From Phoronis australis (Eukaryota; Animalia; Phoronida), in contig NMRA01000028.1 in assembly GCA_002633005.1 (NCBI GenBank), positions 210,461-274,460 of the forward strand: a stretch of DNA of 64,000 nt. The letters are read 5' to 3'. Shown here piece after piece: positions 50,691-64,000 of this stretch. The notes under the pieces were generated by a model. The model saw only the letters and a list, made by a program, of their open reading frames with translations, searched no databases and had not been told where the DNA came from. Both the position numbers and the translations under genes were made by a program. Numbering within the stretch: position 1 is the stretch's first letter; each line of letters starts with the position of its first letter.

Positions 50691-53414
50691 ATTCCGACCA
50701 AGGCATTCGCATTGACGCTCACACAAAAAATTCCGTGTTTCGTTCATCATGTTTCCACAGGACCACTTTTCAGTATAGGTGGCGCTGTGTCAGGTAAGGA
50801 ATACTATGAGACAGATTTTATTAGAGTAAAATGACTTATTCGATTTTCGTTCTTTAGCCAGCCAAACGGTGGGAGATACAGCTTGAAGCGTTCAAAAGCA
50901 TCCCCTGTTGTCATGCGTGCTTTGAAATGATGTTGCTCCTGATATGAAAGAAAGCGCCACAGATTTTATATACCACTGTTTCTGTGGATATGCATCATCC
51001 CTAGGATGTGCAGAAGATGTACTCATTTCTTTTCCAGACTAAAGTATTTTGGTTCCTTTTGCAAAAGATCGATGTTTGCTTTTTATAACGGAACGTTAAA
51101 TAGTCAAAAGCAAGCGCGTCATGTAGACGACCATTCCACTACATCGTGTGTCTACATAGGTAATGATATAATCAGTATCAGTAATCATACACCAACTAAA
51201 GGATAGTCTAATATGGGGTCATGTTTTTGTTTAAAGTTATCTCCAACCTTATTTAGTGGCCTCCATTCTAACTTGTATGTCAAAAAACTAAGCTTTGTCA
51301 ACTATTAAAGGTATATATTTTCTGAAAGAACAAAGACCAGGAAATATAAATATACTTTTTGTATTTATGTGCAATTATTATTTTTACGTAAAAACCTTTT
51401 TTCAGTCAAAATTTCATTTTTAAGAAAGGTACATTCATAGCAAAATAACCCCTCGGTCGATTTTAATGAAAGCCTGTTTTAAATGAAAACTTCACCAGTT
51501 ATCTCAAAAATGTTGTTAGGAATTTTCGATTAGTCTGTTCGTTTGGTTTCTATGACAAATCAACTCGCAAAACGTAAGGTATTTTTGTAAAAAATTGAAG
51601 TCTTATTCGTCTTTGTCACCTTACGCAAAAACTAGGCCTTTATATCAAAAATCCTAACAGCCTTCTTGAGATTGATGACTAAATATTAAGTTTGCAAAGT
51701 TCAGCGAAACCCATGTGGCCATTTTTGAGAACTAGTGTTCCTAATTTCAAATAAAGTCGATTTGCCGAAGCCGAGAAAAAGCCGAATAAACTGGGACAAG
51801 TGAAAATCTCAAAGTCTTCGGTTAATTATTCGGTGAAATCTTGTTTTCGGTGCACATAACCTATACTAACCTTAACTATGTTAGCTATTTCAACGTTCAC
51901 TCGCAATGTCAACTGATTTTGCAGCGCGTAACTAACTTAATTATCATTAAAACCTCAAATAGACGTATTGTTCCCAGCCAACCTTTACTGTTGTTTACGC
52001 CCTACTTTCTAAGTAGGTCACAGTTCATAGCCTGTACACGTCACGTGCTGGGAGACTGATACGAATCGGAAACCAAGTAAGAAATGGATTACAAAAATCG
52101 AATCGGTGGTTAAAGTATGTCGTTAGCATGAGATCGAAACATCGAAATGTCAACTTATTAATTGAATTAAGGAATTAGGTGAGGATTTATCTCCTTCCAC
52201 AACTTTCTGTGTTCATGACCTCAGAGGCGTGAGGCGGCTCGTAGTCTTCGTTTTCAACGCCAACGGTCGCATGCATGTAGACGCACAACTCCTTTAGGAT
52301 CAAAACTACGTTTCGTCTTTGTTTTCCTCGGAACCATTCAATCATAAGTGCACCTCGCTGGCTCAATGTTATGGCGACTTTGTGAATGAAAGAACTGAAG
52401 GTATACGAAGCTGTTCTGTACCTTGCGGGAGATTCGATTTAATTGAAAGCCCTTTAACCTTTGACCTTGGATAAGTAGTAAACAAATATCCACGTGGTTG
52501 CGTGGTTCCAAGGTGGTTCTGCTAAATCTTTTTTTTCTCGCTACGCGGTATATATTTTGTATTTGAAGTTCCCCGAGAATGAAGATATGGTATTTTGTTA
52601 GACACAAGTGCAATATTGTAAAAATGGCCAATTTTTGTGAATAATGTTGAAGATGTCCTTAAATAAAAACCCAGGAGCTTCCATCGTTATTACCGATGCA
52701 ATTGGGAAATCTCAAGATAAATGAATAGTCACAAGTTGTATTATTCAAATAACCACCTTGTGGAAATCTTACGTAATTTGGTGCCAATTCCACGTATGCA
52801 GTCCTGTACCTAGGTCTTTAGTTCCATATTATGATTTGGCTTCAATGCCTTTCTGACACAGTGACAATTTTCGTCTTCAAATTTTCCATTAACTGTTTTC
52901 TGGGGCCACCAGCCCATTAATCTTTCTAAATAATCCAGTTATAATCCTAATAGTAATCCCGCAAGGGATGTCTGGAGCACTTCTGCCGGGGATACCCCAA
53001 AACATATAAGGTTTTAAGGCAATTATACCAGCATAGCCTTCTCCTCGGAAGTAAAAGTTACTTGTGTCTCTTCTTCGCTTGTAAATGTATAGAGTAATGA
53101 GCAAACAGGGCTTTTATTTTCCCCATAGCAAAGCTGCATTTACACCTCCATGTATATTTGCGTCTGGGTATATTTACAATAGGTGCTAAAGGTGGTGCAT
53201 AATTAATGAGGTCTTTAGAAATGTATGCAAGAAACATAGTTCACAATTAATTTTAACAAAAAATAAACGATGTTTGTTAAAAACCGTAGTTTGCAACTAA
53301 CTTTATGTTAGACACACTTTGTAGGAAGTGGGGTGAGCAATGAAAATGTTAGAAACAACAGTCAATAATTTAATTTTGTACTAGTTACAATTGTTAGTAT
53401 ATGTCGGTATCAAT

Positions 53415-53920
53415 GAGCGATGTATGTAAAAAGTCACAGTGTGCACGTGCTAGCAACTTGTGTGATATTTGAGACTAAGCGATGTATGTTAAAAGTCACA
53501 GTGTGCACGTGCTAGCAACTTGTGTGATATTTGAGACTAAGCGATTTATTTTAAAAGCCACTGTTTACACTTAGTAATAATTTCCGTGATCTTTGAAAAT
53601 AAGCGATGTATGTTAAAAGTCACAGTTTATACTTGCTAGTAACTTCTGAGATCTTTGAAAATAAGCGATTGTGTTCAAGTCATAGTTAAAGCTTTCTAGT
53701 AACTTGTGCGGTCTTTGAAAATAAGCGATATATGTTAAAAGTCATAGTTTACTCTTGTCAGTAAATTGTATGTTCTTTGAAAATAAGCGATTTATGTTAA
53801 AAGTCACAATACTAGTAACCTGTGATATCTTTGAAAACAATCGATATACCTATAAAGCCACCACGAGCACGTGCTAGTAACTTGTGTGCTCTATGAAAAC
53901 AAGCGATATGCGTTAAAACA
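53415..53920 (+). repeat. Tandem ~60-62-bp satellite, progressively degenerate
   Basis: aagcgatgtatgttaaaagtcacagtgtgcacgtgctagcaacttgtgtgatatttgagact repeated about 8 times, with more diverged units to ~54300. Confidence 0.8.
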
Positions 53921-55216
53921 CGATTTACAGTTAATTTTTACGCTAACTACATTTGTAAGTTGAAAATGAGCGATATTTTCAGAAATGCCACAATGTCTAA
54001 TCATTTCCACACTATAGAGGCAAATGGCTTGATCGATGAGAATAAGCGATATATGTTACAAAAAACAGTTCACGATTAATTTTATGTTAGATGCGCTTTC
54101 TCGCAAATGGCATATTTAATAAAAATGAGCGATATATGATAGCAACTACAGTTCATACTATATCACATACATTTACACCTGCTAATAAATGGCGTCAACG
54201 AAAAGTGTCATACCACGGCTTACAATGATTTTCAAACATTTACACTTGATCGACATCGATAAGAATGTGCGATATGTGCTAAAAAACCGCAGTTTATAAT
54301 TAATTTTCTATCATTTAAATTACATGCATCCTAATGGTCCGTGTTCAATGAATTCGTCATTACTATTGGTAACCTATAACGACACTCGTAAATACAACCG
54401 GCCAACCGCAACTTGTTATTAAGTGAAATCGTTAAAAACCATGTCAATGAAGTAATGCATTTTTGTGCATTTATTTTTCAATTACCGGTGTTGATACGTT
54501 TTCCTTGGCACGTGGCACGAGAGCGTGGTCCATTTTCACCTACAGTTCATGTTTAGCGTGGGAGACATGATCTGTATAAACTATTCTGAGCTGAGATATT
54601 ACGAGCACGTATTTTACATTAAGCTCTAAACAATTGAAGCGCAGTTTTGTTAACGACATATATTGATCAAGGAAGCTTATTGTTCAAAATTCAAATCTCC
54701 CGACATACACTAATTTAAACTATTCCCGCCAATATGGTAAATTACAGCCTTTCTATTATTTTTGATTGCCCGCAAATTTTGTAAGTTGATACAAAGTTTC
54801 CTGGTATCCAACTGTGATAGCCATTTGGTCGAGCAACACCGAACTATCTAGTATTAAACTTTAAATTTTTAGTAAATTTTCTTCGCTTTGAAGACAAGTG
54901 ATTCTATGTCGATAGAGAACCAGAAGTAAATTGTAAACACAATGTCAATAAACTCGCTAATAAGCCTGTATTCAAATGTCAATCCTGTGAAACGATGGTG
55001 TAAAATAATTGATGGGTTAAGCCTCGCTGTTGTCAGCTGTAGCCCTCTGTGTTTTTCATTTGTGTTAAACGATTTGCGAGTTTTGCTATAAATAGTCGAG
55101 ATATAAATATCCAAAAATTCACTGCGTGATAGAAGCTCAGTCATTATTCCTACATACGCCTTAATTAAGTGAACATTGAGCAAACTACTTCCACTATTGC
55201 TACTAACTACTCTTAC

Positions 55217-55800
55217 TTGTTAGCCTAGCCCACACAGTGTCGTAAGAGATGCAGTAGCAACCTTCCTGCAGGCGTTGTTGAAAGAACCCGTAGAATTCCA
55301 GTGTTTGGGCGATCGGATTTTACTCGTTAGCGCGTTAAGCGGCACGGATATGGAACACGCCAAGCGGCACGGATATGGAACACGCCAAGCGTCACCTTGT
55401 GATCAGTCATTTGGACTCTTCTACGTACCCTCCCACTTCCGACCAATAAGGGTAAGTTCACATGCACACTTATATCGTTTGAAACAATCATAATCTGCCT
55501 GCTACTTGCCGTGTCGGGCACTTTTCGACACCAAACGAAAGAATTTGTTTTGAATGAAATTCGCGGATTTCCAAGTAGTGAATTGGTTGGACAGCGGAAA
55601 TAATAGAAGCGATGAGGACTTCGTAAACCAGTAACTATTATAACCCTAACGCTGACTGGTTCTTTTAAGAACATTTTCACGTGTTCGACAGCTGGCCGAC
55701 AGCGTCGTTGACGCCTCAGCGCGTTAGAAATGACTCGTCACAAGGTGACGGTAGGCGTGTTTCATAATTCGTGACGTCATTTTGTCAATGTCCATATTGG
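55217..55800 (-). promoter_or_regulatory. Candidate PVF promoter and 5' non-coding exon
   Basis: Perfect CRE TGACGTCA (55772-55779), CCAAT on the minus strand (55796-55800), TATAAT near 55640, CpG-richer sequence and a CAA|GTAAGA donor at 55217. Confidence 0.3.
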
Positions 55801-56088
55801 CTCAGGACTTGTTGCATCTAACGCGCAAACGAGTAAATTCTGAACGCGCTAACAACTGTTAGTTTTTGGAATTCCATAGAAAAGCTTGGAATGGCATAGA
55901 TGAACACGCCGATGTGTAAAATCCGTCAGCGCTAACCACTGACAAACTTGAAATTCCATAATAATCACCAAATTGAAGTTGTCATCAGCTGCTGTTTGTA
56001 TAGCTTTTGTACACATTGTGCTGATATTGCTAAATGACCAACAGTGCATATTAAAAGAAGGAAACAAGGGACATAATCCACATTCACG

Positions 56089-56127
<39 letters not shown>

Positions 56128-56131
56128 ACAA

Positions 56132-56163
<32 letters not shown>

Positions 56164-56168
56164 ATACA
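56089..56168 (+). repeat. (CA)n microsatellite
   Basis: Seen directly. Confidence 0.95.
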
Positions 56169-57052
56169 TCATTTATCACTGCAGTGTTGAAAGTTATTTA
56201 GCCAGAGAAAAAATCTTGCATTCTATGTCTAGAATTTTCAAATTCTCCTACACAGCTATTCTTGAAAGTAATGACATTTAAGGAAACCTTGAATATTTGG
56301 AACGGTACGTCCTCATTTACCGGAAAATATATTTTTGCAAAATAATTAATGAAACCCAACTTAAAGCTGTATCTCCTATGTTTACTACAAAATGATAATT
56401 TTTATGAGAACTGAATTAAAGTTTCTGGTGAATAAGGCCGATGTACTTCGAACAGAAATCTACTTGTCGCTGTACAATCATAGAGAATATGTTCTTAAGT
56501 TCAATGCTTTCGGTCTATAATACTGATGTCAATGAGGGGAATTTCAAATAGCAACATGATGAATGGTTACATTGGACCGGACTTCAGCCAGTGGCCTAGA
56601 GGACGAGGAGGCACTTTATAACTTTTGTTTAAAACAAATCAAGTTTAATCACGTACATTGTAAAACGGTATTTTCACGAAGTTAAACTGCTCCTCTATGC
56701 CACCCTCTGCGAACACAAAGTAACTCCTACTACAACTAGGTGGCGATGCGAGTCACCGGCCCACGTGATCGGCACCCATTGCTTCCTAGGAAGTCTCCCA
56801 TTATTTTGACCTATTTATTGTAAACCAGCTGCGGGAACCTGTTGAAAGACTGCGACTTCAACTCTATAAAGCATGATGAGCATCCGGAACACCTCGGGTA
56901 TTTTGGTAGCCTCAATTTTCCCTTGGAGGTGAACGGTATCTGGGCATATAGGCGAACTTCAGTCATACGGTCAATTATTCTTCAATTTGAAAGTCACATG
57001 GCTTGCAATATAACTGAGTAGAGTTAAGAAACGCTAGGACCTACCCTAGAAC

Positions 57053-57346
57053 CAGGGGCGGATCCAGGATTTTGAGTTGGGGGGACAGGGCACAGGAATA
57101 ACCAGAATTTCGCCACATGCGCGCCCGGCCTAAAATGTAGGGATGCAGGGGTCTCGAATTTTTGGGTTTGTGGACCTTCTTACTAAAAAACGGTAAACGG
57201 GGTTTGTTCAAGGCCTATGCATTGTGCATTCGCCCCCCCCGAGCCCCCTGGGTGTGCGCATATATGCTAGTCAGCAATTCGCACCCCGAACTGCCAAATG
57301 GTATCTGGTAGAATTTTAGGGGGGCCACCCCCTAAATCCGCCACTG
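57053..57346. mobile_element. hAT-like MITE (CAGGGGCGGATCC...AATCCGCCACTG)
   Basis: Imperfect TIRs; it interrupts a repeat (acgctaggacctcgctaaaa) that is intact at ~63211. Confidence 0.55.
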
Positions 57347-57574
57347 AGGACCTCGCTAAAATCTAGCAAAAATCGCGAATTCTCATTTAAAATACACGGC
57401 AATAGCTCACGTAATCTTGCGAGGTCTTTCTTTTTAGCAAGGTCCTAGGGTCACTGAACACCTACCCTGAAATCGATGCCCACCTAACGTTCTGAAAAGG
57501 AATCTGAGGCTACGAAAATAGCTGAAGTTTTCCTAGTGGTCAAGGTTACAGTTATACTGCCGCTGTTAATGGAA

Positions 57575-59910
57575 CTGCTACTGCTACTGCAACTACTTCA
57601 AGTGGCTACAAGTACTACTCTCATGTAAACCCAATCGTTCGTATTGACAATATTTTTGTTATTGTTTGGGTAGATGTGTGCAATTGTGATTAACCCTGTA
57701 TGTTGCAACCACTTCGTTGTAATTCCTTCGTTGATCACGTGACATTGGGCTTTAATTTTTTCCCGCCAGTCTTGATAATCGTTATCCATGTTCTACGCAC
57801 AGTACAGATGTGCTGGTCGTTAGATGATTTTGTATGTAACGAGGTTTTCTTGATCTAAGTATATGTTTTTAACTTTAGTAGGTATTTTGGCGTGTGCACT
57901 GTATTTTCTCGTTTTCAATTTTTTGTTCTTTGCGTCCTAAATTTATTCGACGAATTATCTCTATTTGGTTACCTTGCATTGTCAGTTCGCATACCTGCCG
58001 AAAGCAGCAGACGCAAAAGTGGAGGGCTGACGTTGCCTGTAACTATTTGGTTCGACGACACACTGGCACGGCTCTTGTTGTGACTGTTAGCAGCATGGCC
58101 CTATATGTAAAACCAGCTTCAATCAGTCGGGTACCATCGTTGAATTCAGCCAGTTGGGAGAAAGTCTGCTCGAAGGTGCGTCGATGAGCGGCAGCTTAAC
58201 AGCAAACGAGTACCAATAGAGGGATTGGTGAGTGGTGTATGAACCAGCATTAATCAAGACATCGGCGACATCGGCGTGACCAGGCACCAAAGACCAGATC
58301 ACTGTATGATGAGGGTGTCCTGACACCCTAGTTGGCTGGGAAATTTCCAGACTGAACTTTCAACAAAACCGCCATAGAATCAGTGGCAAAGATGACTGTG
58401 TGATTCTCCAGGTCTAGGTGCGCCAGCTTGGTTAGGGCACGTTATATAGCCTCAAAGTCCATCCGTCTACTACTTGTGTACATGTGTACACCCAGGGGGC
58501 GAAAGGGGCAAAAGGTCCGTGTTAGAATAACAAAAACTTCGAAAAAGGTAGAATACGGAACAAAAGTCCACCAAAATCCATGAACTACCAAACTTCGCCG
58601 AATACACAATTCATAGCTCTGAACGTACCCCGTGAATCTTAGTAAAACTTTCACATTCTCAAAAATCGGCGCTCCCCTAAGGCTGGGTGCGCGCATGGTT
58701 TATACATGGTAACAGTCACTGCTTTCAACAATGACATTGTCAGCACNCTGCTACTGCTACTGCAACTACTTCTAGTGGCTACAAGTACTACTCTCATGTA
58801 AACCCAATCGTTCGTATTGACAATATTTTTGTTATTGTTTGGGTAGATGTGTGCAATTGTGATTAACCCTGTATGTTGTAACCCCTTCGTTGTAATTCCT
58901 TCGTTGATCACGTGACATTCGGCTTTAATTTTTTCCCGCCAGTCTTGATAATCGTTATCCATGTTCTACGCACAGTACAGGTGTGCTGGTCGTTAGATGA
59001 TTTTGTATGTAACGAGGTTTTCTTGATCTAAGTATATGTTTTTAACTTTAGTAGGTATTTTGGCGTGTGCACTGTATTTTCTCGTTTTCTATTTTTTGTT
59101 CTTTGCGTCCTAAATTTATTCGACAAATTATCTCTATTTGGTTACCTTGCATTGTCAGTTCGCATACCTGCCGAAAGCAGAAGACGCAAAAGTGGAGGGC
59201 TGACGTTGCCTGTAACTATTTGGTTCGACGACACACTGGCACGGCTCTTGTTGTGACTGTTAGTAGCATGGCCCTATATGTAAAACCAGCTTCAATAAGT
59301 CGGGTACCATCGTTGAATTCAGCCAGTTGGGAGAAAGTCTTCTCGAAGGTGCGTCGATGAGAGGCAGCTTAACATCAAACGAGTACCAATAGAGGGATTG
59401 GTGAGTGGTGTATGAACCAGCATTAATCAAGACATCGGTGTGACCAGGCACCAAAGACCAGATCACTGTATGATGAGGGTGTCCTGACACCCTAGTTGGC
59501 TGGGAAATTTCCAGACTGAACTTTCAACAAAACCGCCATAGAATCAGTTGCAAAGATGACTGTGTGATTCTCCAGGTCTAGGTGCGCCAGCTTGGTTAGG
59601 GCACGTTATATAGCCTCAAAGTCCATCCGTCTACTACTTGTGTACATGTGTACACCCAGGGGGCGAAAGGGGCAAAAGGTCCGTGTTAGAATAACAAAAA
59701 CTTCGAAAAAGGTAGAATACGGAACAAAAGTCCACCAAAATCCATGAACTACCAAACTTCGCCGAATACACAATTCATAGCTCTGAACGTACCCCGTGAA
59801 TCTTAGTAAAACTTTCACATTCTCAAAAATCCGCGTTCCCCTAAGGCTGGGTGCGCGCATGGTTTATACATAGTAACAGTCACTGCCTTCAACAATGACA
59901 TTGTCAGCAC
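57575..59910. repeat. ~1.17-kb tandem duplication of the LINE 3' end, joined at a single N
   Basis: 57575-58746 and 58748-59910 are near-identical with scattered SNPs and a 9-bp indel; N at 58747. Confidence 0.85.
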
Positions 59911-62110
59911 AAAGTATTTGGTAGCCCGTTCCAGCTCGGTTGGTTGCAGCATCGAAAGATCCATCCGTTTCTACGATGATGGCATCAACACCGTCAAGGT
60001 CACACCATAGCTGACAGCATAATGCTCGGGCTACTCCAGGGAGCCATTCCTGAGCTTCCCTGTTGAAAGCAAAGGTGACATTCAGTCTCTCATAAAAGTT
60101 CTTGTACTGGCAGCCAAGCGATCGTGTGTTCACCGATGAGGCCCACGATTGCGTTTACAGCAGCGGCAGTCCAAGAGCAGATGCTAAGCCTTTGGTTGGA
60201 CACACTGCGAAAAGATTTGGAGCGGATGCGATAGGCTGCTATTGCAGGAACGGGGTTCAAGCAACAGTAACACCTTGCAGAAGAGATTGTTAGTCTGCAT
60301 TGCTGGGAACACCGACCAGGTAACGTAATACTGTGACTGAAGTCGATCTTGTACATTCAATGATAATGTCTCTCAAGCCTGTTGGTTTGATTGTTACTGA
60401 TATTGATTGTGGGGAGAGCATAGTAGAAGACAGAAGTGACAAGAGCTTAATAAAGCATGTCCAGACGGCTTCCCTCCACCTTCCGACCCACCGCATCCCT
60501 AAGGGCGTTGATTCCTCTATTGGCACGGTTGATCATATTGTTAACTTGAGTTATGAAGTTGAGTCTATGGTCGAGTTGTACACCTAAGTGACGCATCTGG
60601 TCGTACGTTTCAATCCTCTTCCCATAAGTAGACACTGAAGCGATTGCCTAGAATACAAAAAAGAGCTCACACTTGTCCCCATTGCAGCTCATTCCACTGG
60701 AAGCACAATACTCGCAGATTTCCATCAATGTAGACTGCGCTTTGTGGAGAACCTCGCGATGTGTTTGTCCTTGTGATGACAGCAGCATATCGCCTGCAAA
60801 GATACGGAGCCTGCAGTCAACGCGGTTCAGTCTGACGAATGGGAGGGTGTAGATATTGAACAACACTTGGGACAGGGGCGAGCCTTGAAGTAAGCCCGTG
60901 TTGACAGATACCCAGTTTGGAAGCCACGTGCGATGTTTTAGCATGCATCGCCGGCTGTTGAGGGCACTCAACACCCATCTAATGCACCGTACAGGAATAC
61001 CGAGATGAAGCATGACCTCCACAAGTTTTGGAGGCTGAACAGAACTTTAAGCATTGTTTTCGAAGCCTTGACATGTCTCATCTGCAACAGAAGCTGCATT
61101 GGCCCATGAATCTCTGCCTGGTCGATAAGAGCCCATTCCTGGGAGCAGTCAGGGTTCCATGAACTAGGTGATTCTCTGCGCCATGATCTTTTCAGGGATC
61201 TTCTCAATGAGATCTGCATCACTAAGGTGCGATATCACATGAGAGTGAGATGGTCCTTTCCAGGTTTCAGGGCTTAAAAGGCATCTCTCCAGATATGAGG
61301 GGGATGATTCCATTGGTCAAACTAATGCTTCGCCAACATATGGTATGGCAAAGACTTGACTGCAGGGACTCTGACGCCATCGGGGCCAGGGGCATCCTCT
61401 TTGCAAGTTTTGGTAGCGTCCGCAACCTCTAATACAGAGAATTGACAGTTGTGTTCAGCAGTCCTACAGAGTCCATTACGTTTTTGGATGAGGTGATCTT
61501 TGGAAGGGGCGTGTCTCTTGTCCATGTTACAATGGAAGTGCCAGAAATCGGTAGCTATCGAGTGGGATCGGTTACAAAGCTCATCGCATGGACAATTGAC
61601 AGCCTCAGATGTTGAATGTTTAAACAGGGCAGTGGCCATGTTTCAGGCTATTCTGACGACCTTAAACTCATCAGGTGTGCAGTTTTGGCGGTCACGATCA
61701 AAGTCCCGCTCTTTGGAGCGCTTGTTAGCCCACGCAGTGTCCACATCTTTATTCCACCAAGTATGAGCATTCTGCCGACTGTGGTGGGTGCGTGCCTAAG
61801 TAGGCTTTTGTGTGTCTGCAAACCTGCAGCTCATCTGACCGTTGAGGGCGGGGAATATGAAGAGGATCCGATAGGTATTTCGTTCGCTCAGTTACAAGAG
61901 CTATTTTTGTACAGGACAAGATAACAAGCCTTGAGCCCAACTCCCATAGCTGGGAGCTAGGTTGGTGAACGCCAGGGCATGTCCATACACCAATGGGTGG
62001 TGCACGTTGCACTTTAAGAGCCTAACCTCTTCTGAGAGTTTTGCTTGTGGCTGTAAGGTGTCCAGCAACCATGATGTACCACGAGGAAGTAGTTAAAGTT
62101 CACCAAGGCG
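57575..62110 (-). mobile_element. Decayed non-LTR retrotransposon with RT and RNase H (I/Ingi-like group)
   Basis: Frameshifted motifs HTWWNKDV, DAPGPDGV, GLLQGSPLSQVLFNIY, IFAGD (FADD), HLGVQLDHRLNF, RNase H TDGSFDAATNRAGTG and WSLVPGH; 3' (TAG/CAG)-repeat tail at 57575-57598. Confidence 0.85.
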
Positions 62111-62379
62111 GGTTTTTCCTAAATCGCCCCGGAGGACTAAATGGTCGTATAGGCGGAAAGCTGGAAAGTGCAAACACTAACTACGGTAAGCTACCCTAAC
62201 TACACATGCAACACACTGTTTTTATAAAACGATGTAAGCATGCCATGTTGAAGATCGAATAATTGTCGGTGTTGCATCACATTAGTCTACAAACTATTGT
62301 TCATAAACTTCCGTAATATCTACATACAGATGAAGTGACTTAGTGAACAAGGATAACTACGCGAAATCCTTGGGTCTGC

Positions 62380-63012
62380 CAGACTTGTAAGCTTCATCCA
62401 GAAGGCCGCAGAGTTTCGGGAAGGAAACTGTTGCAAGACCACCTAAGCCGACTTCTTCAAAGACCATACAACCTTGCTGCCACCACGGAAACAGCGCCGT
62501 CACGTAAAAGAATTGGCCAGTTTGCCATTTTTGCTTACTGGACCACGATTGCGCTTCCTTTATTCCCCTGTCTATGAATACAAACGCAAGTTTATCAAGG
62601 AAAAGAAATTATGCTTCAGTTGCCTCCATTCCGGTCACGTGTCTAAAGGGTGTCGCAATTGCGATAAACGATCTAAAAGTCCACTACCCTTCACATAGAG
62701 AGACCGACAACGCACGATACAAACAGGTTTGAGAGTGGTAAACATTCGCCAATGACCCCTGGCCCAGACTCCGAAGTCCTGGCGTCATCGTTAACAGTTG
62801 TCCCGGGGCAGCAACGCAAGGTGTCTACACCACCCACACGAGGCACGCAAGTTAAATCATCGACCACTTTCTACTCACACGACCTTCAGACAGCTCAAGT
62901 ACATGTAAGTACCTGCCACTTTCCTGCATTTGACGATTCTAATCAGAAAACCCTTCATGAAATTATTGTTGTTCGTGTCAGACAGACTAATGATGCTGCA
63001 GTATTGACTTAA
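62380..63012 (+). pseudogene. BEL/Pao LTR-retrotransposon gag remnant
   Basis: RKFIKEKKLCFSCLHSGHVSKGC (CCHC zinc knuckle in a BEL/Pao context), upstream LVSFIQKAAE, downstream IIVVRV protease lead-in; frameshifted. Confidence 0.7.
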
Positions 63013-64000
63013 AGTTTTTGTACCACACGTTTTAACCCTTATTAAATGGTTAAAAGAAATTATATGGAACCACACAGTACCTATCCCATAACTAATACAC
63101 AGTCGGTAGTCGAAGAAAATTTAAATAAACGCGCCACTCACGATTCCGACCCGAACTAACCGCGAAACCGGAAGTACAATTCATTCAGGAACCCAGCCTC
63201 CATTTCAGTAACGCTAGGACCTCGCTAAAAAGCAAGACTTCGCGAGATTACGTGAGATATTGCCGTCTGTTTTAAATAAGAGCACGTAATGAAACCGCCG
63301 TCATAACATTCAGACATTCCCATTGGTTGAAAATTGGGAAACTCCTTTTAGTTACTGTTTACGTAGTCATGGCGACCACCTTTGACTTGAATAGTTGCAA
63401 TTTTTGAAAACGGGCAGTGATCGAAGTAAACAAAATCAAGGGAAGCCCTATCCCGTAACTAAGCCCAAACAAGTACAATGCATTGAAGGCGTGTGTAAGT
63501 GGTGACGCTGTGATCGATAAACTTCCGACCAAGCATGCGCATTGATGCCCACACACGAAATTCCGTCTGTCGTTCATCATGTTTCCTCAGGCCACTTTTC
63601 AGTATAGGTGGCGCTGTGACAGAGGGTAGAACCAAGGAGTGTAGTAGTATAGGAGAGTTCACTTGTGAGTTCGCTGTTACCGCTACTACTAGCGCCGCCA
63701 AGTGATGAACAAGCAACAGTCAACCAGGAAGCGCCAAAACAATGGGGAAGGACGCATTAGGCAGTGCGATAAATTGCACTAATTCATCCACGACAACCCC
63801 AGACGTGTCGTTTTTTAGGTTTTCTAAGTATCCGGAAAGGTAAGTATTATATGTTATTCAATAATATAATACATTGTCTTTCATTTTGTGTGTTCTGTTC
63901 ACAGTTGTTAGACAAGTCGATCGCACGTCCCGGTGCCGCTGTCTGTTGTTTGCAGTGTAGGCTAGGCCTACTGGTCAGCCGGCGGAAGGACTACTGATTA

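Noticed and set aside
57575-59910. Tandem duplicated 1.17-kb unit with paired ORFs, suggesting a duplicated gene cassette
   Set aside because: It is the 3' end of a dead LINE, and the junction is a single N, typical of unmerged haplotype overlaps.

Overview
AT-rich, repeat-dense eukaryotic genomic DNA from a draft assembly (N gaps at 742-1212 and ~3744-3960, scattered single Ns). It is probably a marine invertebrate (inferred from the gene and repeat types). Most ORFs in the supplied track are spurious. Two spliced minus-strand genes can be assembled by hand with consistent GT-AG sites and phases. (1) A PDGF/VEGF-family growth factor (PVF), 47172->22017, ~318 aa, with a cystine knot, a Cys-rich C-terminal domain and a very basic tail; its best signal-peptide exon has no ATG. 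(2) An uncharacterised ~214-aa protein, 15080->7713. The rest is mostly transposon debris: Helentron-associated (DINE-1/HINE-like) elements, two Penelope-like elements carrying minimal hammerhead ribozyme motifs (one with a compensatory U3:A8 core), an ISL2EU-like THAP/SWIM element, a decayed RT-RNase H LINE, a BEL/Pao gag remnant, MITEs and satellites. I see no clearly new biological system. The best leads are the AUG-less PVF leader exon, the variant ribozymes and the orphan gene.
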